In this document: positions 28,731 through 38,336 of the stretch, in pieces
Position numbering within the stretch: position 1 is the stretch's first letter
Layout of the letters: the number at the start of each line of letters is the position of its first letter
IMG/VR virus record: IMGVR_UViG_3300033069_001639
Location: 3,418 to 67,417 of that record
DNA: 64,000 bases
Source: a virus
Taxonomy: Duplodnaviria; Caudoviricetes
Strand: one strand, 5' to 3'
Position numbers and translations under genes: made by a program
Notes under the pieces: generated by a model
Told to the model about the DNA's origin: nothing
What the model saw: the letters and a program-made list of their open reading frames with translations, nothing else
Database searches by the model: none

Positions 28731-29237
28731 ATGAGCGGCGAACCCCATGAAGAGCCCATCGACACAACTCAGCAACCGCCAGCAAGCCAAACCGGCGAAG
28801 GCGGCGCGGGTGATGGGTTCATTTCCGTAACGACAGAACAGCGGCTGATTCGCCGCTGCCTGAAAGATAAGGACTGGGCTAAACAGCGATGGCCGACGCG
28901 AGCAACAGCGGAGGAAATCGAGGAGATCAAGGAAGAGCGGCCGCTGAATTTCATCGAGCTGGCCGTGCAAGCCGTCGGGAAGGATCTAACCGATCAGGAT
29001 CGACGCGTGCGAAGGATCGCGATCAAAAACCTGATTTCGATGGAGAAACAGAATCAGGCGGATGATCACCGAGAGGATCCGGATGGAGGCAGCAAGGGGC
29101 CAGTTCAGCTTGTGCGGGTTGTCGTCGGCGATCGGTCCGAGGTGAAGAACTTCGAGTCGATCAAGATGAAGCAGCTCGGCGAAATCATTGAGAACGAACC
29201 ACAACCCACAGACGAGGAGATCGAGGATGTTGACTGA
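28731..29237 (+). CDS. Hypothetical protein, possibly terminase small subunit
   Basis: Position two genes upstream of TerL; helical. Confidence 0.45.
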   Translation: MSGEPHEEPIDTTQQPPASQTGEGGAGDGFISVTTEQRLIRRCLKDKDWAKQRWPTRATAEEIEEIKEERPLNFIELAVQAVGKDLTDQDRRVRRIAIKNLISMEKQNQADDHREDPDGGSKGPVQLVRVVVGDRSEVKNFESIKMKQLGEIIENEPQPTDEEIEDVD

Positions 29238-29562
29238 AGCCCTGGGACCCGTGAAGTATGCGGCGATTGCCGCGAGTAGCAATGGCGACAACACAATCGT
29301 AGCGGCCGTCGAAGGCTACAAGATTCGCGTGCTCGGCTATGTGATGGTGGGCGCCGGTGCCGTGAATGCGTTCTGGCAGTCCGCGGCGGCCGGCGACGTG
29401 CTCAGCGGAACGATGGCCATCGCTGCCGCGGGTGGAAAGATCGAAGCTGCTTTGAGCGGCCTCGGCCATTTCGAGACCGACAAGGGCGAATTGCTGAACC
29501 TCAATCTGTCGGGTGCTGTGTCCGTCGCCGGTCACCTGACTTACCAACTGGTCAAGGGCTAA
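29227..29562 (+). CDS. Putative head decoration/structural protein
   Basis: Ala/Gly beta-rich; GELLNLNLSGAVSVAGHLTY. Confidence 0.5.
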   Translation: MLTEALGPVKYAAIAASSNGDNTIVAAVEGYKIRVLGYVMVGAGAVNAFWQSAAAGDVLSGTMAIAAAGGKIEAALSGLGHFETDKGELLNLNLSGAVSVAGHLTYQLVKG

Positions 29563-30975
29563 ATGGGTGCCGTTGTCCGACGACCGTCGCCGGTCCGCTA
29601 TGCTCTGCCGGTCTATCAGAAGCAAGAGGACTTCTTTCAAAGCACGAACTTCATCACGGGGTTCTGTGCCGGCCGCGGTTCGGGCAAATCGTATGTTGGT
29701 GCCTTGAAGGTTTTGACAACCGCCAAGGCCGGCGAACGGTGGATGGCGATTTCGCCGACTTACACCGTCATTGAGGATACGACCTGGCCGACGTTCAAGG
29801 ATATCTGCAAGCTCGCGCGAGCCTGGCGATCGGGGGTCAAGAGTCCGACGCCAGTTGCTCGGTTCTATACGCAGGACGGCGGAACTGCAGAACTCGTCTT
29901 TCGCTCGGCGGACAAACCGGAGCTGCTCCGCGGGCCTTCGCTCCCGGGCATGTGGTATGACGAGGCCTCGGTGATGTCCGAGGAGGCCTTCAAAAACGGC
30001 CTGCCGTCGCTGCGGTACAAAGGCCGGATGGGAAAATGCTTTCTGACCTTCACGCCCAAGGGACGACGGCATTGGACGTTTAGCGCGTTCTATCGCGAGA
30101 TCCCCGCGGGCGAAGATACGACCGGTGCGATTGAACTTGCCGGGAAATTCTATCGACCGAAGAACAATCGGGCGCTCATCCGCGCCCACACGCTCGAGAA
30201 TCCATTCCTGGCCGAAGAGTATTACGAGCTCCAGCGCGACAACATGACATCGGCCATGGCGGCCCAGGAACTTGCCGGCGACTTCGTCGATCTGCAGGGC
30301 CTGATCTTCACCGCGGCTTGGCGCTACGTCGATGCCGCCCCGCGGATTGCTGCTCGCGTCCGCTATTGGGATCGTGCGGCGACGCCTGGCGGCGGCAAAT
30401 ACACCGCTGGCGTTCTGATGTCGCGCAGCGAAGCGGGAGCGTATTACGTCGAGGATGTTGTCCGCGGGCAATGGTCCGCAGCGGAGCGCGACAAGATCAT
30501 CGTCGAGACCGCGCGACGCGATGCCCGCCGATACGAAAACGAAGTCGTGATCTATGCCGAACAGGAAGGCGGATCCGCGGGCAAGGAAATCAGCGAACAG
30601 TTCATTCTGATGCTGGCGGGTTTCCCAGTTTACCGCGACATCGTCAGCGGCCAACGTCGCAAGATCATCGACAAGCAAGAAATGCCGGGTGAAGCCAAGA
30701 TTATTCGCGCGCAGCCGCTTGCCGCGCAGTGCGAGGCCGGTAACGTTTACTTGGTTCGCGGGCCATGGAACGACGAGTTCACAACGGAGTTGATCGGCTT
30801 CCCGTTCTATACCTTCAGCGATCAGGTCGACGGTGCTTCCGGGGCGTTCAATAAGCTGGCGAAGGGAATCAACAGCGATCCCGGCGAGGTCAGCAGGCCA
30901 GACAGCCCGACGGGTGGCGATCAGTTCGGTTTGACGTTGATGAAAAGCCGGCAGCGGCGGAAAGGTGGGATGTGA
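29563..30975 (+). CDS. terL: Terminase large subunit
   Basis: AGRGSGKS, LRGPSL...WYDEA, RYWDRAAT, DQVDG. Confidence 0.93.
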   Translation: MGAVVRRPSPVRYALPVYQKQEDFFQSTNFITGFCAGRGSGKSYVGALKVLTTAKAGERWMAISPTYTVIEDTTWPTFKDICKLARAWRSGVKSPTPVARFYTQDGGTAELVFRSADKPELLRGPSLPGMWYDEASVMSEEAFKNGLPSLRYKGRMGKCFLTFTPKGRRHWTFSAFYREIPAGEDTTGAIELAGKFYRPKNNRALIRAHTLENPFLAEEYYELQRDNMTSAMAAQELAGDFVDLQGLIFTAAWRYVDAAPRIAARVRYWDRAATPGGGKYTAGVLMSRSEAGAYYVEDVVRGQWSAAERDKIIVETARRDARRYENEVVIYAEQEGGSAGKEISEQFILMLAGFPVYRDIVSGQRRKIIDKQEMPGEAKIIRAQPLAAQCEAGNVYLVRGPWNDEFTTELIGFPFYTFSDQVDGASGAFNKLAKGINSDPGEVSRPDSPTGGDQFGLTLMKSRQRRKGGM

Positions 30976-31178
30976 TGCAAGGCGAACAAATACCAGAATC
31001 ATCATGGGATACTACAAATCGCGATATCGCAGCTGACCTGCGCGCTGCACTGAACTTTGCACAGAGCCATGTGGGCATGCCCGAACCGCCCGTCGATCCG
31101 CAACTAGAGGCGGTCTTGCAGACGCCATCCGGACAGCAGGCACTTGAGCGAATACTTGTAGCGAACGGATTTCTATAA
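30972..31178 (+). CDS. Hypothetical protein
   Basis: Coupled on both sides. Confidence 0.5.
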   Translation: MMQGEQIPESSWDTTNRDIAADLRAALNFAQSHVGMPEPPVDPQLEAVLQTPSGQQALERILVANGFL

Positions 31179-32113
31179 TGGCCAGTAACCTATTCGGTCA
31201 CGCCGCTCGTTCACTGCAACGCGTGCTCACCCGCACGACTGCGCGTCCCTCACCCCAGCCCTCTCCCGCGGTGGCTGTTGGTTCAATCTTGCGCACGCTC
31301 GGACCGATCGGCCAGTTGATCACCGCGATTGTCGCCGGCCCCGGACAGCAGCTGCGACGTGAATCCGAAGCCAAGGCCGCTCAACAGGTCCTCGAAGCCC
31401 TGAACCGGCAGCGATACGATCGCGAGGCCCGCGAGGCAGAGGCGCGGATTCGTCGCGCAGTCGAACCCGAAACGCGACCGGAGCCGCAACCGCAAACGCA
31501 GCCGAATCGAGTTCCTCCGCCCCCGGAACCGCCTGCGCCTCCGACCGCTCCCGCTGGCGGTGAATACGACGACATCCAGCTACTGGGTCGCGGTGCCTTC
31601 TATTACGAGCCCGACATCCGAGAGCTTGTCAGCCGCGAGCACCGCACGCCAGGAAGCTCCAACGTCTATTCCTATATGTGGGAGGCCGAGACTCCGCACG
31701 TCGGCATTCTCTATGTCACGTTCAAGCGATGGGTACCAGGTCAGCGCGGCAAGTCCGATTCGCCGGGTCCGACCTACGCCTATTACAACATCCCCACGCG
31801 GGTCTATCGGGACTTTCAGGCCACGGCCGCTGATTCCGCCGGCGGCGCCGTTTGGGATTACCTCCGCGTGCGTGACAGCGTCGATGGCCATCAATATCAA
31901 TACCGCGTGGTTGCCGGAACGCTGATGCAGGACGGTGGTACCTACGTGCCGCGGAAGGCAACGCGCGCGGGATTCAAAAGCCGGGCGGTTACGCACGTTG
32001 GAGCCGGTCGACGTGGTTTTCACCGCAGCAGTTTGCCGGAGCAGAACTTTTTACCGAATCGAGGAGCGCCGAACCGAGGGGATAACGGTGCGCCGGATCG
32101 AGGGAGGGGATAA
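31178..32113 (+). CDS. KTSC-like domain protein
   Basis: SSNVYSY.W.....LYVTF...YAYYNIP..VYRDF after a Pro-rich linker. Confidence 0.65.
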   Translation: MASNLFGHAARSLQRVLTRTTARPSPQPSPAVAVGSILRTLGPIGQLITAIVAGPGQQLRRESEAKAAQQVLEALNRQRYDREAREAEARIRRAVEPETRPEPQPQTQPNRVPPPPEPPAPPTAPAGGEYDDIQLLGRGAFYYEPDIRELVSREHRTPGSSNVYSYMWEAETPHVGILYVTFKRWVPGQRGKSDSPGPTYAYYNIPTRVYRDFQATAADSAGGAVWDYLRVRDSVDGHQYQYRVVAGTLMQDGGTYVPRKATRAGFKSRAVTHVGAGRRGFHRSSLPEQNFLPNRGAPNRGDNGAPDRGRG

Positions 32114-32116
32114 GCC

Positions 32117-32257
32117 ATGGAACGCAACGCCAGTTGGTACTTTTGGAAGTTCGTGCACAACTTCCTGATTCATCCGCTGCTGGCTTTCCCGTGGGAATCG
32201 AAATGGGTTCAAGATGCTCACGATTGGACCGCAAAGCGATGCCAAGGAGGTGGTTAG
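32117..32257 (+). CDS. Trp/His-rich microprotein (46 aa)
   Basis: FWKFVHNFLIHP...AHDWT; SD GGAGGG; paralog at 23254. Confidence 0.65.
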   Translation: MERNASWYFWKFVHNFLIHPLLAFPWESKWVQDAHDWTAKRCQGGG

Positions 32258-32261
32258 TCCT

Positions 32262-32351
32262 ATGGGATGCCAAGCGCCAGACCGTCCGCCACCGCGCAAG
32301 CCGGGCGAAGCGATTCCAATTCCGCCGCCACCTCCGCCGCGAAAACGATGA
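32262..32351 (+). CDS. Pro-rich micro-ORF (29 aa)
   Basis: SD GGAGG; ATGA overlap with next gene. Confidence 0.35.
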   Translation: MGCQAPDRPPPRKPGEAIPIPPPPPPRKR

Positions 32352-32830
32352 GTACAAGCTATTTGATCGAGACAGTTCACGTGCTCGCGCGTGCCGAGCG
32401 TAGGTATCAACAATGGGAAGAGGGCCAGAAAATGACAACCGTTCAACTACCTGACGAAGTTCAGTCCGCGCGAGAGATCACGATTGGCGAAGGCGATATT
32501 CTCGTCATCAAACACCAGTACGCGCTGCAAGGCGACGGCAGGCGACATCTGCACGACTGGGCACGCGAGCTAATCGACAAGATCGAAAAGAAAGTAAGCA
32601 TCATTGTTTGCCCTGATTCAAACGACATTGCCGCCATGCCGCGCGACGACGTAAGGGCAATGCTGCAGGAGATGGCGTCGGCAATCGACTGCGACATCGT
32701 CGACCGTGCGGTTCCAAAACTCGACGGACGACTGCGAGATGCTGTCCTGAATGCTATCAGCTGCACAGACATTGATCCGAGTGAGTTCATGGAGATCATA
32801 GACGAAAACCTCGCCAAATCGCCCGAATGA
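32348..32830 (+). CDS. Hypothetical protein
   Basis: Start is 32348 or 32432. Confidence 0.55.
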   Translation: MSTSYLIETVHVLARAERRYQQWEEGQKMTTVQLPDEVQSAREITIGEGDILVIKHQYALQGDGRRHLHDWARELIDKIEKKVSIIVCPDSNDIAAMPRDDVRAMLQEMASAIDCDIVDRAVPKLDGRLRDAVLNAISCTDIDPSEFMEIIDENLAKSPE

Positions 32831-33363
32831 TCACCTACACCCCCGCCGATGCCGACGTCCTCGATCGAGTCGCCCGCCTGATGGCAGCGCATCACGGCAT
32901 GCTCGTTGACTACAAGGTGCGCGTCGACTGCCTCTTCGCGCATCCCGACTTGGACGAGGATGGCGCACCGAAGGGCCCGCCGGTCACATTGAACGGTTAT
33001 CCATGCGCAGCCCGGGTGAAGATCACCAACGCCAGGGACCGCGCGAAAGGTTGCGGCGACGCCGAAATTCTGATCGATCACGATCTCTATCAGGAACTGC
33101 CGGACGCCGAGCGCGACGCCCTGCTTGATCACGAGCTGCAGCACCTCGAATCGACCGGCGAATACGACGATATGGGGCGGCCGAAGCTAACCATGCGGCT
33201 ACACGATCACAGTTTCGGCTGGTTTGATGTCATCGCGCAGCGTCACGGTCGGGCGAGTTTTGAGTTCCAGCAGTTCGAGCGGTTCCAACGGGGGACGTTT
33301 CAACCTTTCTGGGTTGGGTTCGCAGAGGCGGTTGATACAATCATGGCGGAGGAAACACTATGA
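32827..33363 (+). CDS. Phage putative metallopeptidase
   Basis: LDHELQH (HExxH), RLHDH. Confidence 0.8.
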   Translation: MITYTPADADVLDRVARLMAAHHGMLVDYKVRVDCLFAHPDLDEDGAPKGPPVTLNGYPCAARVKITNARDRAKGCGDAEILIDHDLYQELPDAERDALLDHELQHLESTGEYDDMGRPKLTMRLHDHSFGWFDVIAQRHGRASFEFQQFERFQRGTFQPFWVGFAEAVDTIMAEETL

Positions 33364-33638
33364 ACCGACGTGAAGCAATCGCGGCCCTGGCCGCTACATT
33401 TGCCGCCCCCACCGCACTGCTTGAAGGCAAGCCGAACTGTGCTGGTCCCTCATTCGCCTTAATCGGTCGAACTGGGCCAATTACCGTTAAGATGCCGATT
33501 GATCCAGTGGCAAGTGGATATTCGGTGCTTAGTGTGATACTTGCGCCTGGCGCAACGCTTATCCACGACGGCAAGACGCACTTCAATGACACGAGCAATC
33601 CGACGAGGATTGAATTATGGCGAAGGAGTGCCACATGA
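33360..33638 (+). CDS. Small protein with twin-Arg-like leader
   Basis: MNRREAIAALAATFAAP. Confidence 0.55.
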   Translation: MNRREAIAALAATFAAPTALLEGKPNCAGPSFALIGRTGPITVKMPIDPVASGYSVLSVILAPGATLIHDGKTHFNDTSNPTRIELWRRSAT

Positions 33639-33826
33639 TTCCGTGCTTTGAAAACGCCGAAGTGACGATCACGGTTCTGCCGGATTGCCCAGCGTGCGCG
33701 GAGTTGGTGACCGAACCGGCGAAACTAAAAATCGAGTACGGTCCGCCAGTGCTCGCAAACTGCCTCGAAACGCTCAGCTACCATCGGGCAATCACCGAGT
33801 ACATCAAGGAGCGATACTTATGCTGA
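33635..33826 (+). CDS. Hypothetical protein
   Basis: SD AGGAG; ATGA overlap. Confidence 0.5.
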   Translation: MIPCFENAEVTITVLPDCPACAELVTEPAKLKIEYGPPVLANCLETLSYHRAITEYIKERYLC

Positions 33827-34038
33827 CTGAAATCCTCGAAATACTCTCCCGGTCTGGCTGTGATCGTGTCTCGTTTACTCGCGACGAGAGCATTCGCGCC
33901 GTGACAATCTCGCTTCACCGAGACGCACCGCCATTGTCAGCAGACTATTGCGTGTCTCTGAAAGAACTGGAATTCGGTGTGGGTGCCGCCGGCTTAGAAG
34001 CTTTTGCAATCGACACACTGATCGCCAAGTTCCCATAA
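33820..34038 (+). CDS. Hypothetical protein
   Basis: SD AGGAG. Confidence 0.5.
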   Translation: MLTEILEILSRSGCDRVSFTRDESIRAVTISLHRDAPPLSADYCVSLKELEFGVGAAGLEAFAIDTLIAKFP

Positions 34039-34051
34039 AAACAAACCGACA

Positions 34052-34078
34052 ACTCATTTGCGGGCCAAGCCAATGAGT
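34052..34078 (+). promoter_or_regulatory. GCGGGCCAAGC hairpin upstream of the portal gene
   Basis: ACTCATT/AATGAGT stem; 13-mer identical to 38741-38753. Confidence 0.45.
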
Positions 34079-34082
34079 CGCC

Positions 34083-36578
34083 ATGACAACCGATTCCCGC
34101 GGCATCCCCGCGTCATTCATCCAAGCGGAAGCTCGTGATCCGGCGGAAGCATGGCCCGGCGCTCCGCCAAACTTCGGCCAACCTCTTGTCCCGCACATCG
34201 CAACCGTCTCCGGCATGACCGGCGGTGCAGGCCGCGCCTACTCTTGGGCCGACGAAGCGCTGCGCGACAGCCGCGAAAATGCCGACAAGATGCTGACGGA
34301 CTGCGGCATTACGGAATGCCTCGAAGCCCGCCTGCGATCGACCGCGCTTCTCAATTGGCACATCGCGCCGGAAAACGAAAACTCGTCCGACGAGAAGGCC
34401 CTCGCCGACGAGATGACGAAGATCATCACGTGCACGCCACACTTCGCGAAGTTCCGCTGGGCAATGGGGCTGGCGCGCTGGTACGGCCGCTACGCCGTTG
34501 TGCCGCAATATGGAATCGACTGGGTCAACGGAAAGCAGCGAACCGTTGTCACGCGCTGGGAGCCGCGCCACGGCGACAAGCTCGTCTTCCGTTACGACGA
34601 CGGCAGCCACCGAACCCAAGCCGACCAGGTAGGCATTCGCATCGGCGGCGCTCATACGTGGATCGACACCGACAAAAAAGATTACCGCGGCAACGATCTG
34701 CGGCAAGTCGAAGCGACAAATCACGGCCTCGTTTACTGGCTGACCGATAAACAACGCCGGCTGATCGTCGTCAATAAGCACATCATCGAGGACGGGCCCT
34801 TCGAGGATCCATTGCGGGCCGGTGCCATTCACGGCATCGGGATCCGCGATCGCATCTATTGGACTTGGTACGGGATGATCGAATGTCTGGCCGACATCCT
34901 TTGCTACCTCGAACGATCCGCCTTCGGTATTGAGATCTGGAAGTACCCCGCCGGCAACAAGCAGGCCCAGACCCGCGCGGAAGAGGCCGCAAAGAAGATC
35001 ACGAGCAACGGGCGAACTGTGCTGATCGTCCCCGTGTTTCAGGGAGAGAACAGCGAGCAATTCGGCGTCCAGCACATCGAGCCAGGCCTCGGCGGCGTCG
35101 AGCAAGCGATGACCATTGTAAGGGAATACTTTGGCCACAAAATCAAACGCTACATCCTGGGCCAAACCCTCACGAGCGAAGCCGATGCGACCGGCTTGGG
35201 TTCCGGTGTTGCCGATGCCCACCTCGCGACCTTCGCTGACATCATTCGCTGGGATGCGCTGAACGATCAGGAAACGCTGACCTCCGACAAACTGCGATGG
35301 ATGCAGCTTTGGAACTTCCCAACGTCGCGCGGCATCAAGCTGCGGATGGTGATCGACACCGATTCGCCTGACGCCGAGAAGAAAATGAAGGGCTACGAAT
35401 CGGCCTGGGGAATGGGCGCGCGGATCAAGGAAGAGGATGTTCTCAGCGTGATCGGGGCCTCAGTGCCAAAGAACACGGACAAGGTTTTGCTCAATCCCGC
35501 GGTCTCTGGTCAGCAGGGCGGCGGCTTCGGCAGTTTTGGCGGCGTGAACCTTGGTCAGGCTCAAGGCCAGCGGCCTCCGCTTCCCGATTCGCAGCAGGAG
35601 GCAATCAAGCGGCTGGCAGACGTCGAGAAGTTCATCAACGGCGTTTCGCTCGGAAAGATCATGGCGGATCGGCACACCTACACGCTAAGCCTCGATGAAG
35701 CCGCGAAACACACCGCGACGCCGAGCGAAGCGCAGGCCAAGGCCGGCAACTATCGCAAGGGCAAAACGAACCTGCACGGCCTCACGATCTCGATCGAGAA
35801 CGCCAAGGGGACGCGGCGGAAGCCGGACTGGCCGGAACTGTCGGCGCATTATGGGTACCTGAATCGAACCGAAGGCGGGGACGGCGAGCATATCGATGTT
35901 TTCATTGGCCCGAACCCCGATAGTGAATTGGTGTTTGTCATCGATCAGGTGAAAGAGTCCGGCCGGTTTGACGAGCACAAAATCGTGATGGGCACTACCT
36001 CACGACAGGAAGCATTGGACCTGTATCTCGCCAACTACCCGGCTGGCTGGAAAGTTGGGCCAGTGACGGCGATGACGATTGACCAATTCAAGGCGTGGTT
36101 GGCCGAAGGGGACACCTCGAAGCCGCTGGCGCCGCAAGTGTCAAAGTATACGTTCAAGGAAAGCGAGCACCCGCGCGACGATGCCGGGAAGTTCACGGAG
36201 GGGCCAGCAGTAGCGAGCAAAGCCGACAGGGCATCATCGGAGCCATCGAGCAACAAGGCCCCGGCAAAGGCCACCGGTGAAGTTGCGGGCAGCTTTACCG
36301 AACTGAAGGAGCGGCACCCCGAGCTTGCGAAGTTTGCCGACAACCCAGAACCATTGCCGAAAGTTCGCGGCGGCAAGATTGCATATCTAACGGCGCATCA
36401 GCACGCGATTTATCTGGACTTGGCCAAGGCCCGCAGCGCGGGCAACGTGACACCGGAAGAATGGAACGCGGGGCTTGCGGCAATCCGCGCGATGGATGTT
36501 CCCAGCAATCAGGTTGCGCCACCGACGGTCAAGAGTCGGCTGTTTAGCGCTATCGGCCGGGCAAAAGGTAAACGCTGA
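34083..36578 (+). CDS. DUF935 (Mu gp29-like) portal fused to an InPase-like domain
   Basis: ILGQTLTSEA portal motif; AGNYRKG...ISIEN.KG...HYGY..RTEG.DGEHIDVF...FDEHK; ESEHPRDDAGKF. Confidence 0.8.
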   Translation: MTTDSRGIPASFIQAEARDPAEAWPGAPPNFGQPLVPHIATVSGMTGGAGRAYSWADEALRDSRENADKMLTDCGITECLEARLRSTALLNWHIAPENENSSDEKALADEMTKIITCTPHFAKFRWAMGLARWYGRYAVVPQYGIDWVNGKQRTVVTRWEPRHGDKLVFRYDDGSHRTQADQVGIRIGGAHTWIDTDKKDYRGNDLRQVEATNHGLVYWLTDKQRRLIVVNKHIIEDGPFEDPLRAGAIHGIGIRDRIYWTWYGMIECLADILCYLERSAFGIEIWKYPAGNKQAQTRAEEAAKKITSNGRTVLIVPVFQGENSEQFGVQHIEPGLGGVEQAMTIVREYFGHKIKRYILGQTLTSEADATGLGSGVADAHLATFADIIRWDALNDQETLTSDKLRWMQLWNFPTSRGIKLRMVIDTDSPDAEKKMKGYESAWGMGARIKEEDVLSVIGASVPKNTDKVLLNPAVSGQQGGGFGSFGGVNLGQAQGQRPPLPDSQQEAIKRLADVEKFINGVSLGKIMADRHTYTLSLDEAAKHTATPSEAQAKAGNYRKGKTNLHGLTISIENAKGTRRKPDWPELSAHYGYLNRTEGGDGEHIDVFIGPNPDSELVFVIDQVKESGRFDEHKIVMGTTSRQEALDLYLANYPAGWKVGPVTAMTIDQFKAWLAEGDTSKPLAPQVSKYTFKESEHPRDDAGKFTEGPAVASKADRASSEPSSNKAPAKATGEVAGSFTELKERHPELAKFADNPEPLPKVRGGKIAYLTAHQHAIYLDLAKARSAGNVTPEEWNAGLAAIRAMDVPSNQVAPPTVKSRLFSAIGRAKGKR

Positions 36579-36834
36579 GCGGCCGTCTCGCGAATATGTG
36601 CTCAACTTTGACAGGCTCGCTGGTGACGTTCGAGAACGTCTTACCATCAACCCAATATTCATCGCCGGGATAAATGATGGCAGTGAACTTCCGAGATATT
36701 TTGTTGTACTGGCACCGCGACACTCCATGAACGTGAATGGGCTGCGCTTCTGGTTGTGTCGCGCTCGCCAACAGCCGCCACGGTTTGAAGATCACCGCCG
36801 CGAGGGCGGAAAGAATTGCGGTTCGTCGGTTCAT
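36550..36834 (-). CDS. Small protein with twin-Arg-like leader
   Basis: MNRRTAILSALAAVIF; coupled to the upstream minus-strand gene. Confidence 0.55.
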   Translation of the reverse strand: MNRRTAILSALAAVIFKPWRLLASATQPEAQPIHVHGVSRCQYNKISRKFTAIIYPGDEYWVDGKTFSNVTSEPVKVEHIFARRPLSVYLLPGR

Positions 36835-37211
36835 GCTGATTTCCTATAGCGCGGGTTCATCGTCCATGCCCAAAACGCAAAACTGATTTTCGCGAGTCCG
36901 TTTTCGTGCGATACCAACTTTGTGTGGATAAACAGCGCCTCGCAATCGGCAAGCGGCAGTGACGAGCCCACGGTGATGCGCAGTCGTTTTTTGGTATACC
37001 AAAAAGGCGTCATTGCTTCATTGGAATTTGTGCACTCCACTTCGCCGGTCCCCCTGAATTTCACCATAGACTCTTCGCGGTCGTAAACCATGACCGACGA
37101 CGAATCATCAACGGCGTCCTTGTCAAAGACAATTGTGCCCTCGACATTCTTCAGGGTAACGCCGTTGTAATTGAGCGTGATCGGCAGTTCTTCGTTTTCG
37201 GTGGCCATCAC
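36831..37211 (-). CDS. Hypothetical protein
   Basis: 4-nt overlaps on both sides. Confidence 0.6.
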   Translation of the reverse strand: MMATENEELPITLNYNGVTLKNVEGTIVFDKDAVDDSSSVMVYDREESMVKFRGTGEVECTNSNEAMTPFWYTKKRLRITVGSSLPLADCEALFIHTKLVSHENGLAKISFAFWAWTMNPRYRKSA

Positions 37212-37686
37212 TTCGCCTTTGCTAGTTGCGGCAGCTTGTCCAGCAGCTTTGCATAGTCCGCGCGCAGTCGCCGAATCTCAGCTTGCGAGGCTTTGTACTT
37301 CCGCTGCAGTTCTTCGTACTCGGCGATTGTCACACGATGCCGCTTCGGTCCTTTGTCGTCTTTTGAACCGCCCGACTTTCCGCGTTTCGCCGCGATTGCC
37401 TTGCAGGTTTCGTTGTATAGTCGTCGCAGATTGCCGTCTTTCCAGTCGGCCTCGTTCGGGAACTGCTCTAGCATCTGCAGCAGTTCGTTTAGATCGAAGT
37501 GAGTCGCTTCTATGAAACGAGACAGAATTCGGTCGGCTTCGTCTGGCCGTCCCTTGCATGCCTCGGCCAGGAACGTTTTGTCGTTCCACAACGATCTTAG
37601 CTCGACCGCGATTTCGTATGATCGATTTGCCGAACCCTTCAAGAGAGATTCCAACTTTGCGAGCCGCGACTTCCAAGAGGTATTCA
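37208..37686 (-). CDS. Hypothetical helical protein
   Basis: Probable GTG start at 37686; C-terminal coiled coil. Confidence 0.55.
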
Positions 37687-38333
37687 CGAAAAGACTCCTG
37701 TTCAAAAAGTGGTAAATGTAGATACGATCTTCCGCCGCAAATTCGCTGTGCGGTTTGCACTGGAACGCCCATCGCCGCCGCGGCGCATGTTGGCGTGGCA
37801 CCGAATTCGGCTGCAAGCCGAATGGAGACCGCCACATCGTCGCTTATGGTTCGTCGCTTACGACAGCGAACAGACATTAGTCGCGATTGAACTAAGCCAG
37901 CGCAACGGAGATCGCAGCAGGACAGGTGCTTCAAGGTGGAAGGGACTCTAACAAGCGGCCTTCCACAAGCTGCGCAAGCACGAATGTGAGACCGCCTCAC
38001 CTGCAGGTTTGATAAACGAAAGTCGTTCCTATCTCCATTGACGTGAACTACATGCTGCCCTCTTGCAATCTCCACGCCGGCCGCCTGCAGCACTAGAACC
38101 TTTTTCTTCACAAAGAAGAATCCATGACTGCCGACGAATCTCATTGGATTTGAAGAGTCAGCAGCAACCCTAACTATGACTTCGCCGCCAACAACGAACT
38201 CCCGCCCAATTGATTTGCCCCTAACGTCGTGATAGGGATCGCCGTGAACTCGTACGCGTCGCCAGTGCATTGCACAGTAGCCGTGCGAGCAGTATCGCTT
38301 TCCGCATCCAGGAATCTTGCAAATGCGTGGCAT
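37278..38333 (-). CDS. HNH endonuclease with extended C-terminus
   Basis: CKIPGC...GYCAMH, VHVNGDRNDFRLSNL, CAAC...CCDLRC. Confidence 0.75.
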   Translation of the reverse strand: MPRICKIPGCGKRYCSHGYCAMHWRRVRVHGDPYHDVRGKSIGREFVVGGEVIVRVAADSSNPMRFVGSHGFFFVKKKVLVLQAAGVEIARGQHVVHVNGDRNDFRLSNLQVRRSHIRACAACGRPLVRVPSTLKHLSCCDLRCAGLVQSRLMSVRCRKRRTISDDVAVSIRLAAEFGATPTCAAAAMGVPVQTAQRICGGRSYLHLPLFEQESFREYLLEVAARKVGISLEGFGKSIIRNRGRAKIVVERQNVPGRGMQGTARRSRPNSVSFHRSDSLRSKRTAADARAVPERGRLERRQSATTIQRNLQGNRGETRKVGRFKRRQRTEAASCDNRRVRRTAAEVQSLAS

Positions 38334-38336
38334 CGC

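Noticed and set aside
29185-31005. 606-aa minus-strand ORF
   Set aside because: Antisense shadow of the terminase in GC-rich DNA; no motifs
34058-34070. TGCGGGCC is complementary to the conserved 16S rRNA GGCCCGCA (helix 28)
   Set aside because: That rRNA segment is base-paired in the 30S subunit; an 8-nt match is not evidence
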